Of a stretch of DNA of 64,000 bases, positions 20,554 through 30,271 are shown one piece after another (position 1 is the stretch's first letter; each line of letters begins with the position of its first letter). The position numbers and the translations under genes were made by a program. The notes under the pieces are model-generated. The model worked only from the letters and a program-made list of their open reading frames with translations, did not search any database and was not told the origin of the DNA. The stretch comes from Candidatus Eiseniibacteriota bacterium (lineage in GTDB: Bacteria; Eisenbacteria; RBG-16-71-46), in contig JBGAOA010000003.1 in assembly GCA_044222065.1 (NCBI GenBank), forward strand, positions 32,001-96,000, written 5' to 3'.

Positions 20554-22995
20554 ATGCTCCAACGCATCGCTCCGCGCCGCGCGCGTTCGCTGCCCGTCCT
20601 CGGTGGGGCAGCGTGGATCGCGCTGGCCCTCGTTTCCCCGGCGCGCGCGATCGAGACCGTGCGCCCCGACCTGTGGGTCGCGAACGGCTCCGTGCTCGCG
20701 ATGGCGCGCAGCGGGAACACACTGTTCCTCGGCGGCTCGTTCGACCACGTGGGGCCCGCGACCGGCTGCTTCGCGTGGGTGGACACGTCGAGCGGCGCGC
20801 CCACGACGCCGACGGACCGCGTGCTCGCGAACCTCGGCGCCGACTACGGCGTGCTCGCTATGACCGACGACGGCGCCGGCGGCTGGTATCTCGGCGGTCG
20901 CTTCTCGCACGCGGGAGGCGTCGCGCAGACGAACCTCACGCACCTGCTCGCGGGCGGCGCGCGCGATGCGTCGTTCAACGTGGCCGCGAACGGCATCGTG
21001 CGCGCGGTGAGGCGCGTCGGCACGACGCTCTACGTCGGCGGCGAGTTCACGACGCTCGGCGGGCTCGCGCGCAACCGGCTCGGCGCGATCGACCTGACGA
21101 CCGGCGCCGTGACGGCGTGGAACCCCGCTCCGAACGCGGTCGTGCGCGCGCTCGAGGCGGGCCCCGAGTACCTGTACGTCGGCGGCGACTTCACGTCGAT
21201 CGCGGGGCAGACGCGGCGCGCGCTCGTGGCGTTCTCGCTCGCGAGCGGCGCGCTCGCCGCCTGGAATCCGGGCTCGGACGGCCGCGTGTGGGCGCTGCAT
21301 CTCGCCGGGCCCACGCTGTACGCGGGCGGCGGCTTCGGATCGCTCGGGGGCGCGCTGCGCAACAACGTCGCGGCGGTGGACACGGGCACGGCGCTCGCGC
21401 TCGCGAGCTGGAACCCGAACGCGAACGGCAACGTGCTGTGTCTCTCGCGCGCCGGGACCACGCTGTACGCCGGCGGACAGTTCACCGCGATCGGCGGTGC
21501 GAGCCGCAACTACGTCGCGGCGCTCGACGCGGGGAACTTCGGCGCGGCGAAGCCATGGAACCCGTCGCCCGACGCGAGCGTGAACGCCGTTGCCGCGACG
21601 GCGACGCGCGTCGCCGTCGGCGGGTCTTTCTCGAGCGTGGGCGGCGGCACGGGACGCCGTTTCTTCGCCGCCTTCGACGCGGCGAGCGGCGCGGTGCTCG
21701 ACTGGGGCGGGGGCGCGGGCGCGACCGTGCACGCGATCACGGCGTCCGGCGGATCGTTCTTCGTGGGCGGCGACTTCCGCAGCCTCGGCGGCATGCTGCG
21801 CTCGCGACTCGCGAGCCTCGACCTCGTGAGCGGCGCCGCGACCGCGTGGAATCCCGGCGCGAACAACGCCGTACAGGCGCTGTGCGCCGCCGGCGACACG
21901 CTGTACGCCGGCGGCGCGTTCTCGACCACGGGCGCGCAGGCGCGCGCCTCGCTCGCGTCCTATCGCATCTCGACCGGCGCGCTCACGGCGTGGAATCCCG
22001 GCACGAACAGCATCGTGTACGCGCTGTCCGCGGGCGGCGACCGGCTGCACGTCGGCGGCGCGTTCACGACGATCGCGGGACAGCCGCGCAATCGCGCCGC
22101 CGCGTTCACGCGCTCGAGCGGCGCGCTCGAGGCGTTCGATCCGAACGCGAACGGCATCGTGTACGCGTTCGCCGACGCCGGCGGCGCGCTGTTCGTGGGC
22201 GGCGCGTTCACGACGCTCGGCGGCCAGCCGCGCAGCCGGCTCGCGCGCCTCGATCCCGCGACGGGCGGCTCGGCGCCGTGGGGCGCGACGCTGAACGGCG
22301 ACGTGTACGCGCTCGCGCGCAAGGGCGGCGTGCTCTACGCGGGCGGCGGGTTCACGTCGGTCAACACCACGTTCACGGGCTGCACGGCGGCGTTCGACAC
22401 GTCCGGCACGCCGCTGCCGTGGACGACGCTCGTCGGGAACACCGTGTACGCGGTCGCGAACGCGGGCGCGTCGCTCTACGCGGGCGGCGGCTTCACGAGC
22501 GCGAGCGGGGGACAGCAGCGCTTCTACCTCTGCGCCGCCGATGCCGCGGGCGGCGCGCTCCTCGGCTGGAATCCCGCGGCGGGCGCCGCGGTGCGCTGCC
22601 TCCTCGCGGAGCCCGGACGCGTGTGGGTCGGCGGCGACTTCCCGTACGTGTCGCTCGCGCCCCACAGCGGAATCGCCGAAATCGCCGACCCCTCGACCGC
22701 GGGGGTGGACGACGCGCCGCCGCTGCGGGCGCAGGCCCTCGCGCTCGCCGCGGCGCCGACGCCGGCGCGCGGCGCGACGACGCTGCGCTTCGCGCTGCCG
22801 GTCCCGGCGCGCGTGACGCTGCGCGTGTTCGACGTCGCGGGCCGCGAGGTCGCGCGCCCGCTCGACCGCGCGCCGCTCGCGGCCGGCGCGCACGCGGTGC
22901 CGCTCGCGCTGGCCGCGCTCCGCCCCGGGCTCTACGGGTGCGGGCTCGAGGCGGACGGAGCGCGCGGGGCCGCTCGACTCGTCGTCACGCGCTGA
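20554..22995 (+). CDS. Secreted beta-propeller repeat protein with C-terminal FlgD-Ig/T9SS-CTD-like domain
   Basis: Signal peptide, 14 GGxF repeats (many with WNP), C-terminal PTPARG..LRF..VTLRVFDVAGREV. Confidence 0.85.
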   Translation: MLQRIAPRRARSLPVLGGAAWIALALVSPARAIETVRPDLWVANGSVLAMARSGNTLFLGGSFDHVGPATGCFAWVDTSSGAPTTPTDRVLANLGADYGVLAMTDDGAGGWYLGGRFSHAGGVAQTNLTHLLAGGARDASFNVAANGIVRAVRRVGTTLYVGGEFTTLGGLARNRLGAIDLTTGAVTAWNPAPNAVVRALEAGPEYLYVGGDFTSIAGQTRRALVAFSLASGALAAWNPGSDGRVWALHLAGPTLYAGGGFGSLGGALRNNVAAVDTGTALALASWNPNANGNVLCLSRAGTTLYAGGQFTAIGGASRNYVAALDAGNFGAAKPWNPSPDASVNAVAATATRVAVGGSFSSVGGGTGRRFFAAFDAASGAVLDWGGGAGATVHAITASGGSFFVGGDFRSLGGMLRSRLASLDLVSGAATAWNPGANNAVQALCAAGDTLYAGGAFSTTGAQARASLASYRISTGALTAWNPGTNSIVYALSAGGDRLHVGGAFTTIAGQPRNRAAAFTRSSGALEAFDPNANGIVYAFADAGGALFVGGAFTTLGGQPRSRLARLDPATGGSAPWGATLNGDVYALARKGGVLYAGGGFTSVNTTFTGCTAAFDTSGTPLPWTTLVGNTVYAVANAGASLYAGGGFTSASGGQQRFYLCAADAAGGALLGWNPAAGAAVRCLLAEPGRVWVGGDFPYVSLAPHSGIAEIADPSTAGVDDAPPLRAQALALAAAPTPARGATTLRFALPVPARVTLRVFDVAGREVARPLDRAPLAAGAHAVPLALAALRPGLYGCGLEADGARGAARLVVTR

Positions 22996-22997
22996 AG

Positions 22998-23034
22998 GCG
23001 CCGTCCCGTCGCGGGCCGCGCGACGGGACGGCGC
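22998..23034. terminator. Perfect 16 bp hairpin between convergent genes
   Basis: GCGCCGTCCCGTCGCG-ggccg-CGCGACGGGACGGCGC. Confidence 0.7.
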
Positions 23035-23040
23035 GCGCGG

Positions 23041-24381
23041 TCAGCGGGCCGCGCCCGTGAGGTCCGCGGGCAGGCGCGGCGAGGCGAGCAGCGTCTCGTA
23101 GAGCGACCAGCGCCGGTCGGGATGCGCCTCGTCGCCGCCGTTCGCCGCGAGCCAGTCGTTCACGATCTTGCGGCCGAGCCAGTAGTTCACGACGTACGTG
23201 CGGTAGCGCCCGGCGAAGCTCAGGTCCTTCTCGGCGCGCTCCTTCGTGCGCAGCCCGAGCGTCGTCGCGCGCTCGATCGCCTGCTCGCGCGTGAGGTGGC
23301 CGTCCAGCCACTGGCGCGCGTTCTCGGTGCCGAAGCCCGCGAGTCCCTCGAGAGCCTCGCGCACGCGCGCGTAGCGGTCGTACTCGCGCGGATCGAGCCC
23401 GGCGAGCGGGAACAGCGTGCCCTTCTCGAACGCCGTCCGCTCCTCGCCCGGGAACGCGATCTCGGGCGCGACCACCGCCGTGCCCTCGGCGATCAGCGAC
23501 TGCGGCGAATAGAGCGGATAGATCTGGAACTCGCGCCAGCCGCGCTCGCGCGCGAGCGCGCGCTCGAGCAGCAGGTTGTAGACGTGATGGCCGGGGTAGC
23601 CCTCGTGGCACGCGAGGTCGATCGCGCGGTCGATGTAGATCGGCAGGTCGGTGTTCACCTGGATCAGGCTGCGCGCGCCGCCCTGGTACCAGTTGTAGCC
23701 GCTCCACGGCTGGTCCTTCACGTACTCGACCGTGAACGTCTCGGAGTCGGGCAGCGCGAGGTGTGCCTTCGTGCGCCGGCGCGCCTCCGCGATCGCGGCG
23801 TCGAACACCGCCGCGAACTTCTTCGGCGGGATCACGAAGCGCCGGCGGTAGGCCTCGAGCCGCGCCGTGAGCGGACCCGGTCCGGGCAGCAGCGAGTCGA
23901 GCGCCGCGAGCGCGGGCGCGAGCGTCGAATCCTCGACGGGCGGCGCGACGACGTCCGACAGCGCCTTCGACTCCGCATCGAAGCCCGGCTTCTCACCCTC
24001 GAGCATGCGGGTGCGGAACGACAGCGCGGCGAGCTGCGCGCGCACGTAGCGGTGGCGGAGCGGCCACAGCGAGTCCGGGCTCGCGGCGGGCGCGCCCGCG
24101 AGTGCCCCCACGATCGAGTCCGCTTCGGCGCGGATGCGCGCGAGCGAGATCGAGTCGTGATCGGCCTCGACCTTCCACTCGGGCGGCCCGTAGTAGGCGT
24201 CCACGTAGTCCGGGTCGTGGCGCCCGAGCGCGAGCGCGAGCTTCACGTAGCGCTCGGCGGCGCGCTCGAGCACGGCGGGGTCGGGCGACTTCGCGGCGGG
24301 CGCGCAGCCAGCGAGCGCCCCGAACGCGATGAGGGCGATTGCGGCGAACGGGCGTCTCGAGGATCGGATCACGTCGGTCAT
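23041..24381 (-). CDS. DUF885-like lipoprotein, probable metallopeptidase fold
   Basis: Lipobox LAGC, YVDAYYGP, WSGYNWYQG, HEGYPGHH and a downstream AEG. Confidence 0.8.
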   Translation of the reverse strand: MTDVIRSSRRPFAAIALIAFGALAGCAPAAKSPDPAVLERAAERYVKLALALGRHDPDYVDAYYGPPEWKVEADHDSISLARIRAEADSIVGALAGAPAASPDSLWPLRHRYVRAQLAALSFRTRMLEGEKPGFDAESKALSDVVAPPVEDSTLAPALAALDSLLPGPGPLTARLEAYRRRFVIPPKKFAAVFDAAIAEARRRTKAHLALPDSETFTVEYVKDQPWSGYNWYQGGARSLIQVNTDLPIYIDRAIDLACHEGYPGHHVYNLLLERALARERGWREFQIYPLYSPQSLIAEGTAVVAPEIAFPGEERTAFEKGTLFPLAGLDPREYDRYARVREALEGLAGFGTENARQWLDGHLTREQAIERATTLGLRTKERAEKDLSFAGRYRTYVVNYWLGRKIVNDWLAANGGDEAHPDRRWSLYETLLASPRLPADLTGAAR

Positions 24382-24564
24382 GCGGGCTCCTTCGGTGGGA
24401 ATCGGGGCACGCTAGCACGGCGACGCGAAGCCGCGAGCGCTGCATACCCCGCGGCGTGACCACCGCCGGCGCCCGGCCGACGGGCGCGCGAGCCCGGGAG
24501 TCTCCGGCGCGTGCGGTATCCTGCGGCTCCCGAGCGTTCGCACGCACACACGACGAGGTCCGAC

Positions 24565-25071
24565 ATGTCGCACGAATACCAGGTGTTCCTCGACACCCTC
24601 GATGCGGAGGCGCCCCGCACGATCGCGCTGCTCAAGGCGCTGCCCGAGTCGCAGTACGACTTCCGTCCCGACCCGGCGCTGCGCTCCGTCGGCGAGCTGG
24701 CGTGGCACCTCGCCGAGATCGAGGCGCTGATGGCGCACGGCATCACGAAAGGCGCCTTCGCGCTCGGCGACCGTCCCGCGGGCAGCGAGCGTCCGCGCAC
24801 GATCGCGGAACTCGCGCCGGGCTTCGAGCGCGTGCACGCCGACGCGATGGCGAAACTGCGCGCGCTCGCCGGCCTCGACTTCGACCGACCGCTGACGTTC
24901 TTCGGCGGCCGCACGATGCCGATCCGCCGCATCCTGTGGGACGCGATGCTGCACCATCAGCTCCATCATCGCGGCCAGCTCGCGCTGCTCTGCCGGCTCG
25001 CGGGCGGCGTGCCGCCCGGGCTCTACGGCCCGACGCGCGAGGAGATGGCCGCGCTGCGCGCGAAGGGCTGA
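24565..25071 (+). CDS. DinB family protein
   Basis: DFRP...[10 protein letters not shown] and HQLHHRGQL...PGLYGP. Confidence 0.9.
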   Translation: MSHEYQVFLDTLDAEAPRTIALLKALPESQYDFRPDPALRSVGELAWHLAEIEALMAHGITKGAFALGDRPAGSERPRTIAELAPGFERVHADAMAKLRALAGLDFDRPLTFFGGRTMPIRRILWDAMLHHQLHHRGQLALLCRLAGGVPPGLYGPTREEMAALRAKG

Positions 25072-25198
25072 TCCGATCGGCGCCGCCGCGCGCGGCGGTG
25101 GCCGTTCGCGCGCCCGCTGCACTATCCTGCCGGGCCATCGTCCGCGCCGCGGACGGTGGCCCTGCCGTTCGCGCGCACTCCACCGGGACCGACGCCGC

Positions 25199-26806
25199 AT
25201 GGAATTGATCGAGTCGCACCTCGACACGAAGAGCGAGGAGTTCCAGACCAACGCCGCGCACCACCGGGCGCTCGCCGCCGACCTCAAGGCGCGGCTCGCC
25301 GCGGTGAAGCAGGGCGGCGGCCCCGAGCTGGTGAAGCGCCACACCTCGCGCGGCAAGTTGTTCGTGCGCGAGCGCATCGAGCGCCTGCTCGATCCCGGCA
25401 CCGCGTTCCTCGAGCTGTCGCCGCTCGCCGCGAACGGGCTCTACGAGGGCGAGGCTCCGAGCGCCGGCATCGTCACCGGCATCGGCGTCGTGAAGGGCCG
25501 CACCGTGCTCGTCGTGGCGAACGACGCGACCGTGAAGGGCGGCAGCTACCTCCCGATGACCGTGAAGAAGCACGTGCGCGCTCAGGAGATCGCGCTCGAG
25601 AACCGGCTGCCGTGCGTGTACCTCGTGGACTCCGGCGGCGCGTTCCTGCCGCTCCAGGCCGACGTGTTCCCCGACCGCGACCACTTCGGGCGCATCTTCT
25701 ACAACCAGGCGCGCATGTCGGCGCAGGGCATCGCGCAGGTCGCGATCGTCATGGGCTCGTGCACCGCGGGCGGCGCGTACGTGCCGGCGATGAGCGACGA
25801 GGCCGTGATCGTGAAGAACCAGGGCACGATCTTCCTCGGCGGCCCGCCGCTCGTGAAGGCCGCGACGGGGGAAGAGGTGACGGCCGAGGAGCTGGGCGGC
25901 GGCGACGTGCACACGCGCATCTCGGGCGTGGCCGATCACCTCGCCGACGACGACGCGCACGCGCTCGAGATCGCGCGCGACATCATTTCGCACCTCGGCG
26001 CGGTGCCGCGCGCCGCACTCGACCTCGCCGCGCCCGAGCCGCCGAAGTACGACCCGGCCGAGATCTACGGCCTGCTGCCGACCGAGCTGCGCAAGCCGGT
26101 GGACATGCACGAACTGATCGCGCGGCTCGTGGACGGCTCGCGCTTCCACGAGTTCAAGGCGCGCTACGGCACGACGCTCGTCACCGGCTTCGCGCACCTG
26201 AACGGCGTGCCGGTCGCGATCCTCGCGAACCAGGGCGTGTTGTTCAGCGACAGCGCGCTCAAGGCGACGCACTTCATCGAACTCGCGAGCCAGCGCGGCA
26301 CGCCGCTCCTGTTCCTGCAGAACGTCAGCGGCTACATCGTCGGCAAGCAGTACGAGCACGGCGGGATCGCGAAGGACGGCGCGAAGATGGTGCACGCGGT
26401 CGCGAACGCGCCGGTGCCGAAGCTCACGGTGATCGTCGGCGGCAGCTTCGGCGCCGGCAACTACGGCATGTGCGGGCGCGCCTACCAGCCGCGCTTCCTC
26501 TTCATGTGGCCCGGCAGCCGCATCAGCGTGATGGGCGGCGAGCAGGCCGCGAGCGTGCTCGCGCAGGTGAAGTCGGCGCAGCTCGAGGCGGCGGGGAAGT
26601 CGCTCTCGGCCGACGAGGAGCGCGCGATCAAGCAGCCCGTGCTCGAGAAGTACGAGACCGAGGGCAGCCCGTACTACTCGACCGCGCGCCTCTGGGACGA
26701 CGGCGTGATCGATCCGGCCGAGACGCGCACGGTGCTGTCGCTCGCGCTCGCCGCGGCGCTCAACGCGCCGATCCCGCCCGCGAAGTTCGGCGTGTTCCGG
26801 ATGTAG
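25199..26806 (+). CDS. liuB: 3-methylcrotonyl-CoA carboxylase carboxyltransferase (beta) subunit
   Basis: [60 protein letters not shown] and FGVFRM. Confidence 0.9.
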   Translation: MELIESHLDTKSEEFQTNAAHHRALAADLKARLAAVKQGGGPELVKRHTSRGKLFVRERIERLLDPGTAFLELSPLAANGLYEGEAPSAGIVTGIGVVKGRTVLVVANDATVKGGSYLPMTVKKHVRAQEIALENRLPCVYLVDSGGAFLPLQADVFPDRDHFGRIFYNQARMSAQGIAQVAIVMGSCTAGGAYVPAMSDEAVIVKNQGTIFLGGPPLVKAATGEEVTAEELGGGDVHTRISGVADHLADDDAHALEIARDIISHLGAVPRAALDLAAPEPPKYDPAEIYGLLPTELRKPVDMHELIARLVDGSRFHEFKARYGTTLVTGFAHLNGVPVAILANQGVLFSDSALKATHFIELASQRGTPLLFLQNVSGYIVGKQYEHGGIAKDGAKMVHAVANAPVPKLTVIVGGSFGAGNYGMCGRAYQPRFLFMWPGSRISVMGGEQAASVLAQVKSAQLEAAGKSLSADEERAIKQPVLEKYETEGSPYYSTARLWDDGVIDPAETRTVLSLALAAALNAPIPPAKFGVFRM

Positions 26807-26817
26807 GAGGGGGGAAC

Positions 26818-27627
26818 GTGCGCGCGATCGAAACGCGGACGATCCAGAGCTGGTCCCACCTGCAGGACGAGCTGTTCCTCGACGCGCTGGACCAGCGACT
26901 GGACCGCTTCCGTTCGCCGTTCCTGTTCCGCGGCATGGATCGCGCGACGTGGAACCTCGCGACGACGCTCATGCGGCTCGGCGGCGAATTCGCGCGGCTC
27001 GAGCGTCCGATGCTGCGCAACTTCCGAAAGTACGCGCCCAACGCCGTCGTCGAGCAGGACACGGTGTGGAACTGGCTCGCGCTGGCACAGCACCACGGAC
27101 TTCCCACGCGGCTCCTCGACTGGACGTTCTCGCCGCTCGTCGCCGTGCACTTCGCCGTGTGGAAGGACGAGCACATGAAGGAGCCCGGCGCGATCTGGAT
27201 GGTCGACTCCTGGGACGTGCGTCGGTACTACCCGGAACGAGTCGAGAAGGTGGCGCGTCGCGAGTACGCGGCCGGACTGGACGTCCACATGCTCTCGGAG
27301 GTGTTCCAGTCGCTCGACCAGCTCGACGAGTTCGGCGACCCGCCGATCGCTCTGTTCTTCGAGCCGCCCTCGATCGACGACCGCATCGCGAATCAGGCCG
27401 GAGTGCTCTCGGTGCTGTCGGACCCGGGGATCGCGATGGACGACTGGCTCGTCACGCGTGACGTGCGAACGATCAAGCTCGTGATCCCGCCCGAGCGGAA
27501 GTGGGAGATCCGCGACAAGCTCGACCACTGCAACATCAACGAGCGGGTGCTGTTCCCGGGGCTCGACGGCCTCAGTCAGTGGCTGAAGCGCTACTACAGC
27601 CCGGGTGCTGGGCGGGGAAAGCCGTGA
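26818..27627 (+). CDS. FRG domain protein
   Basis: FLFRG, LAQHHGLPTRLLDWT..PLVAVHFA, RIANQAG and LFPGLDG. Confidence 0.92.
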   Translation: MRAIETRTIQSWSHLQDELFLDALDQRLDRFRSPFLFRGMDRATWNLATTLMRLGGEFARLERPMLRNFRKYAPNAVVEQDTVWNWLALAQHHGLPTRLLDWTFSPLVAVHFAVWKDEHMKEPGAIWMVDSWDVRRYYPERVEKVARREYAAGLDVHMLSEVFQSLDQLDEFGDPPIALFFEPPSIDDRIANQAGVLSVLSDPGIAMDDWLVTRDVRTIKLVIPPERKWEIRDKLDHCNINERVLFPGLDGLSQWLKRYYSPGAGRGKP

Positions 27628-27804
27628 GCCCTGCGCCGCAAGGCGCCTTGTAACTCCTTCCGCGCCGGCCGCCCGATTCCACAATCCACACGCCGCGCCT
27701 CGCCGGCCGGCCCGCGAAGCCGTTGCGCCGCACCGTGCCGCTTCCCGGCACGCCGCTCGCTGGCCTTGGACTCCGGCTCCCAACGGCCGCGAGAGGAGGT
27801 CCCG

Positions 27805-28374
27805 ATGACCGCGTTCACGATCCCACCCGGAGTCCGCTTCGTCCGCCGCGTGCTGGCCGGCGGCCTCGTGCTCCTGATCGCGCTGCTCGTCGGCGTCGCG
27901 ATCGCGCGCGCCGGCGAGATCGTCCCGTCGGTCGGGCTCACGCGCCCGGTGCACGGCGACGAGACCAAGACGTACGTCGGACTCGCGCTGCGCGGAAACC
28001 TCGTGCCGGTCGTGCAGACCGAGGTCGCGATCGCGCTCCGGGGCGAGGATCGCTTCGGCGACGCGGGCTCGGTGAAGCTGTGGCCCGTCACGGCGTCGCT
28101 GTGGCTGACGCCGGTGCCGACGCTCTACGCAGGCGCAGGCGTGGGCTGGTATCACACGACGGTCGAGTCCCCGCTGCCCGGCGGCTCGAGCTCGACCGAC
28201 GAGCAGTTCGGCGTCCACGTCGGCGGCGGCTTCAAGGTGCCGGTCGCGCCCGCGGCGGCGATCGACCTCGGCGGGCGCTACGTGATGATGCGCGAGCAGT
28301 CGGCGCGCCTCGTGCCCGAGCGCTTCGACCCCGACTTCTGGACTCTGTCCGCAGGCCTCGCGGTGCGCTTCTAG
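27805..28374 (+). CDS. Small outer-membrane beta-barrel protein
   Basis: Signal peptide, alternating strands (LYAGAGVGWY, FGVHVGGGF), C-terminal Phe. Confidence 0.85.
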   Translation: MTAFTIPPGVRFVRRVLAGGLVLLIALLVGVAIARAGEIVPSVGLTRPVHGDETKTYVGLALRGNLVPVVQTEVAIALRGEDRFGDAGSVKLWPVTASLWLTPVPTLYAGAGVGWYHTTVESPLPGGSSSTDEQFGVHVGGGFKVPVAPAAAIDLGGRYVMMREQSARLVPERFDPDFWTLSAGLAVRF

Positions 28375-28399
28375 TCGCCCCTTCCCCCGACGCACCGCC

Positions 28400-28439
28400 G
28401 CGCGCCGCCCTTCAGTGACCGGGGGCGGCGCGCCCTTTT
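28400..28439 (+). terminator. Intrinsic terminator
   Basis: GCGCGCCGCCC / GGGCGGCGCGC stem followed by CCTTTT. Confidence 0.7.
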
Positions 28440-28470
28440 GGCCCCCGCGACGCCCGGCCGAAATTCCCTC

Positions 28471-28501
28471 TTGACGAAGTTTGACCCGAGGTTCAAATTT
28501 C
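28471..28501 (+). promoter_or_regulatory. Sigma-70 promoter (TTGACG-N17-CAAATT) overlapped by a palindromic operator TTTGACCCGAGGTTCAAA
   Basis: AT-rich island. 14 of 18 positions are palindromic at 28480-28497. Directly upstream of the TetR-led benzoyl-CoA operon. Confidence 0.7.
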
Positions 28502-28534
28502 GACGCGACGTTCAAGTTCGTCCGGAGGTTCGTC

Positions 28535-29218
28535 GTGTCGCCTGGCCGATCCACCGTCGCGAAGTCCCCGCACGTGCGCGCGAAGCGCGAGCGCCGCCGC
28601 GAGGAGATCCTGCACGCCGCGCTGCGCGCGTTCCGCGAGCGCGGCTACCACGCGACGACGCTCGACCACATCGCCGAGCGGCTCGGCGTGCGGAAGACGG
28701 CGCTCTACCACTACTTCCCGGACAAGGAAGCGATCCTCCACGAGTGCCACCAGGATTCGCTCGTCCAGCTCGAGCGCATCCTCGAGGCGTCGCGCGCGCT
28801 GCGCTCCCCGCGCGAGCGGCTCCGCTACCTGATCCGCGAGCACGTGCGCGTCATGACCGACACGCTGCGCGGCTCGCCGCTCGCCTTCGAAGTGCAGGCG
28901 TTCTCGGAGGAGCGCCGCACCGAGATGATCGCCGGGCGCGACGCCTACGAGCGCGAATTGCGCCGCACGATCGAGCGCGGCGTGCGCGCCGGCGAGTTCC
29001 GGCCCGTGGATCCCAAGCTCGCCGTGTTCGCGATCCTCGGCGCGATCAACTGGATCGCGCGCTGGTACCGCCCCGAGGGCGAGCTGCAGGCCGACACGAT
29101 CGGCGACGCGTTCGCCGACCACCTCATGACCGGACTCGGCCCCGCGCCGCGGCTGTCGCTCGCCCGGCGCCCGCGCGCGGCCGCGCCGGCCGCAACCCGG
29201 AAGAGAACGACGCGATGA
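28535..29218 (+). CDS. TetR/AcrR family regulator (KstR2/PaaR-like C-terminus)
   Basis: ILHAALRAFRERGYHATTLDHIA...ALYHYFPDKE and GAINWIARWYRPEG. GTG start with GGAGG SD. Confidence 0.93.
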   Translation: MSPGRSTVAKSPHVRAKRERRREEILHAALRAFRERGYHATTLDHIAERLGVRKTALYHYFPDKEAILHECHQDSLVQLERILEASRALRSPRERLRYLIREHVRVMTDTLRGSPLAFEVQAFSEERRTEMIAGRDAYERELRRTIERGVRAGEFRPVDPKLAVFAILGAINWIARWYRPEGELQADTIGDAFADHLMTGLGPAPRLSLARRPRAAAPAATRKRTTR

Positions 29219-30267
29219 AAGCGATTCGGCTGCTCGAAGGAGGCGCGCCGCTCGAAGTGCGCGACGTGCCCGATCCCGTGTGTGGCGACGACGACGTCGT
29301 GGTGCGCGTCGCGGGCTGCGGGGTGTGCCACACCGACATCGGCTTCTGGAAGGACGGCGTGCCGACGCGCAAGAGCCTGCCGCTCACGCTCGGGCACGAA
29401 GTGAGCGGCGTCGTCGAGTCCGCGGGCGCGGCGCACGCGGCGCTCGTGGGCCGCGAAGTGATCGTGCCGGCCGTCATTCCGTGCGGCGACTGCGACCTGT
29501 GCCGCGCCGGCCGCGGGAACGCGTGCCGCCGCCAGATCATGCCGGGCAACGACCTCGACGGCGGCTTCGCCGAGCGGCTCGCGGTGCCCGCGCGCGGCCT
29601 GTGCGTCGTGAAGGAGCGCGCCGGCTACGACCTCGCCGAGCTCAGCGTGATCGCCGACGCCGTCACGACGCCGTACCAGGCGGTCGTCCGCAGCGGGCTT
29701 CAGCCGAACGACCTCGCGATCGTAATCGGCGCCGGCGGCGTCGGCGGCTACGCGGTGCAGGTCGCGGCCGCACTCGGCGGGAAGGTGGTCGCGGTGGACG
29801 TGGACGACGCGAAGCTCGCGCTGATCGCGGAGCACGGCGCGTCGGCGACGTTCAATTCGCGCACGACGGACTTCAAGACGCTCAAGAAGGAGATCGGCGC
29901 GAAGGCGGCGGCGTGGGGCTGCCCGCCAATCGGCTGGAAGGTGTTCGAGTGCTCGGGCTCGACCGCGGGGCAGGAGACGGCGTTCGGACTGCTCGGGCAC
30001 GCGGGCACGCTGCTGGTCGTGGGCTTCACGCTCGGCAAGATCGAGGTGCGGCTCAGCAACCTCATGGCGTTCGACGCCACCGTGCAGGGCACGTGGGGCT
30101 GCCGCACCGAGCTCTACCGCGAGGCCGTCCAGCTCGTCACGAGCGGGCGCGTCACCTTGAAGCCGTTCATCGAACGGCACCCGATGAGCCGCGGTCCGGA
30201 AGTGATCCGGCGCGTGGCGGACCACGAGATCACGAAGCGGGCGATCCTCGAGCCCGACTGGAGCTAG
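29215..30267 (+). CDS. had: 6-hydroxycyclohex-1-ene-1-carbonyl-CoA dehydrogenase
   Basis: GCGVCHTD, GHE, PAVIPCGDCDLC, MPGNDLDGGFA, ADAVTTPYQA and RLSNLMAFDA. Operon context with oah and bcr. Confidence 0.9.
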   Translation: MKAIRLLEGGAPLEVRDVPDPVCGDDDVVVRVAGCGVCHTDIGFWKDGVPTRKSLPLTLGHEVSGVVESAGAAHAALVGREVIVPAVIPCGDCDLCRAGRGNACRRQIMPGNDLDGGFAERLAVPARGLCVVKERAGYDLAELSVIADAVTTPYQAVVRSGLQPNDLAIVIGAGGVGGYAVQVAAALGGKVVAVDVDDAKLALIAEHGASATFNSRTTDFKTLKKEIGAKAAAWGCPPIGWKVFECSGSTAGQETAFGLLGHAGTLLVVGFTLGKIEVRLSNLMAFDATVQGTWGCRTELYREAVQLVTSGRVTLKPFIERHPMSRGPEVIRRVADHEITKRAILEPDWS

Positions 30268-30271
30268 GACC

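Noticed and set aside
20431..22703. 13 bp direct repeat CCTCGACCGCGGG at the end of the kinase gene and inside the propeller gene
   Set aside because: Short and GC-rich, and the second copy is internal to the CDS; likely chance.
27648..27691. AT-richer patch TTGTAAC...TTCCACAATCCACA upstream of the OMP gene
   Set aside because: Probably a promoter, but no consistent -35/-10 spacing or repeated motif could be assigned.
28481..28496. TTGAC...TTCAA as an FNR/CRP box upstream of an anaerobic operon
   Set aside because: The half-sites are 6 nt apart, not the 4 nt of TTGAT-N4-ATCAA, so it is better explained as a TetR operator.
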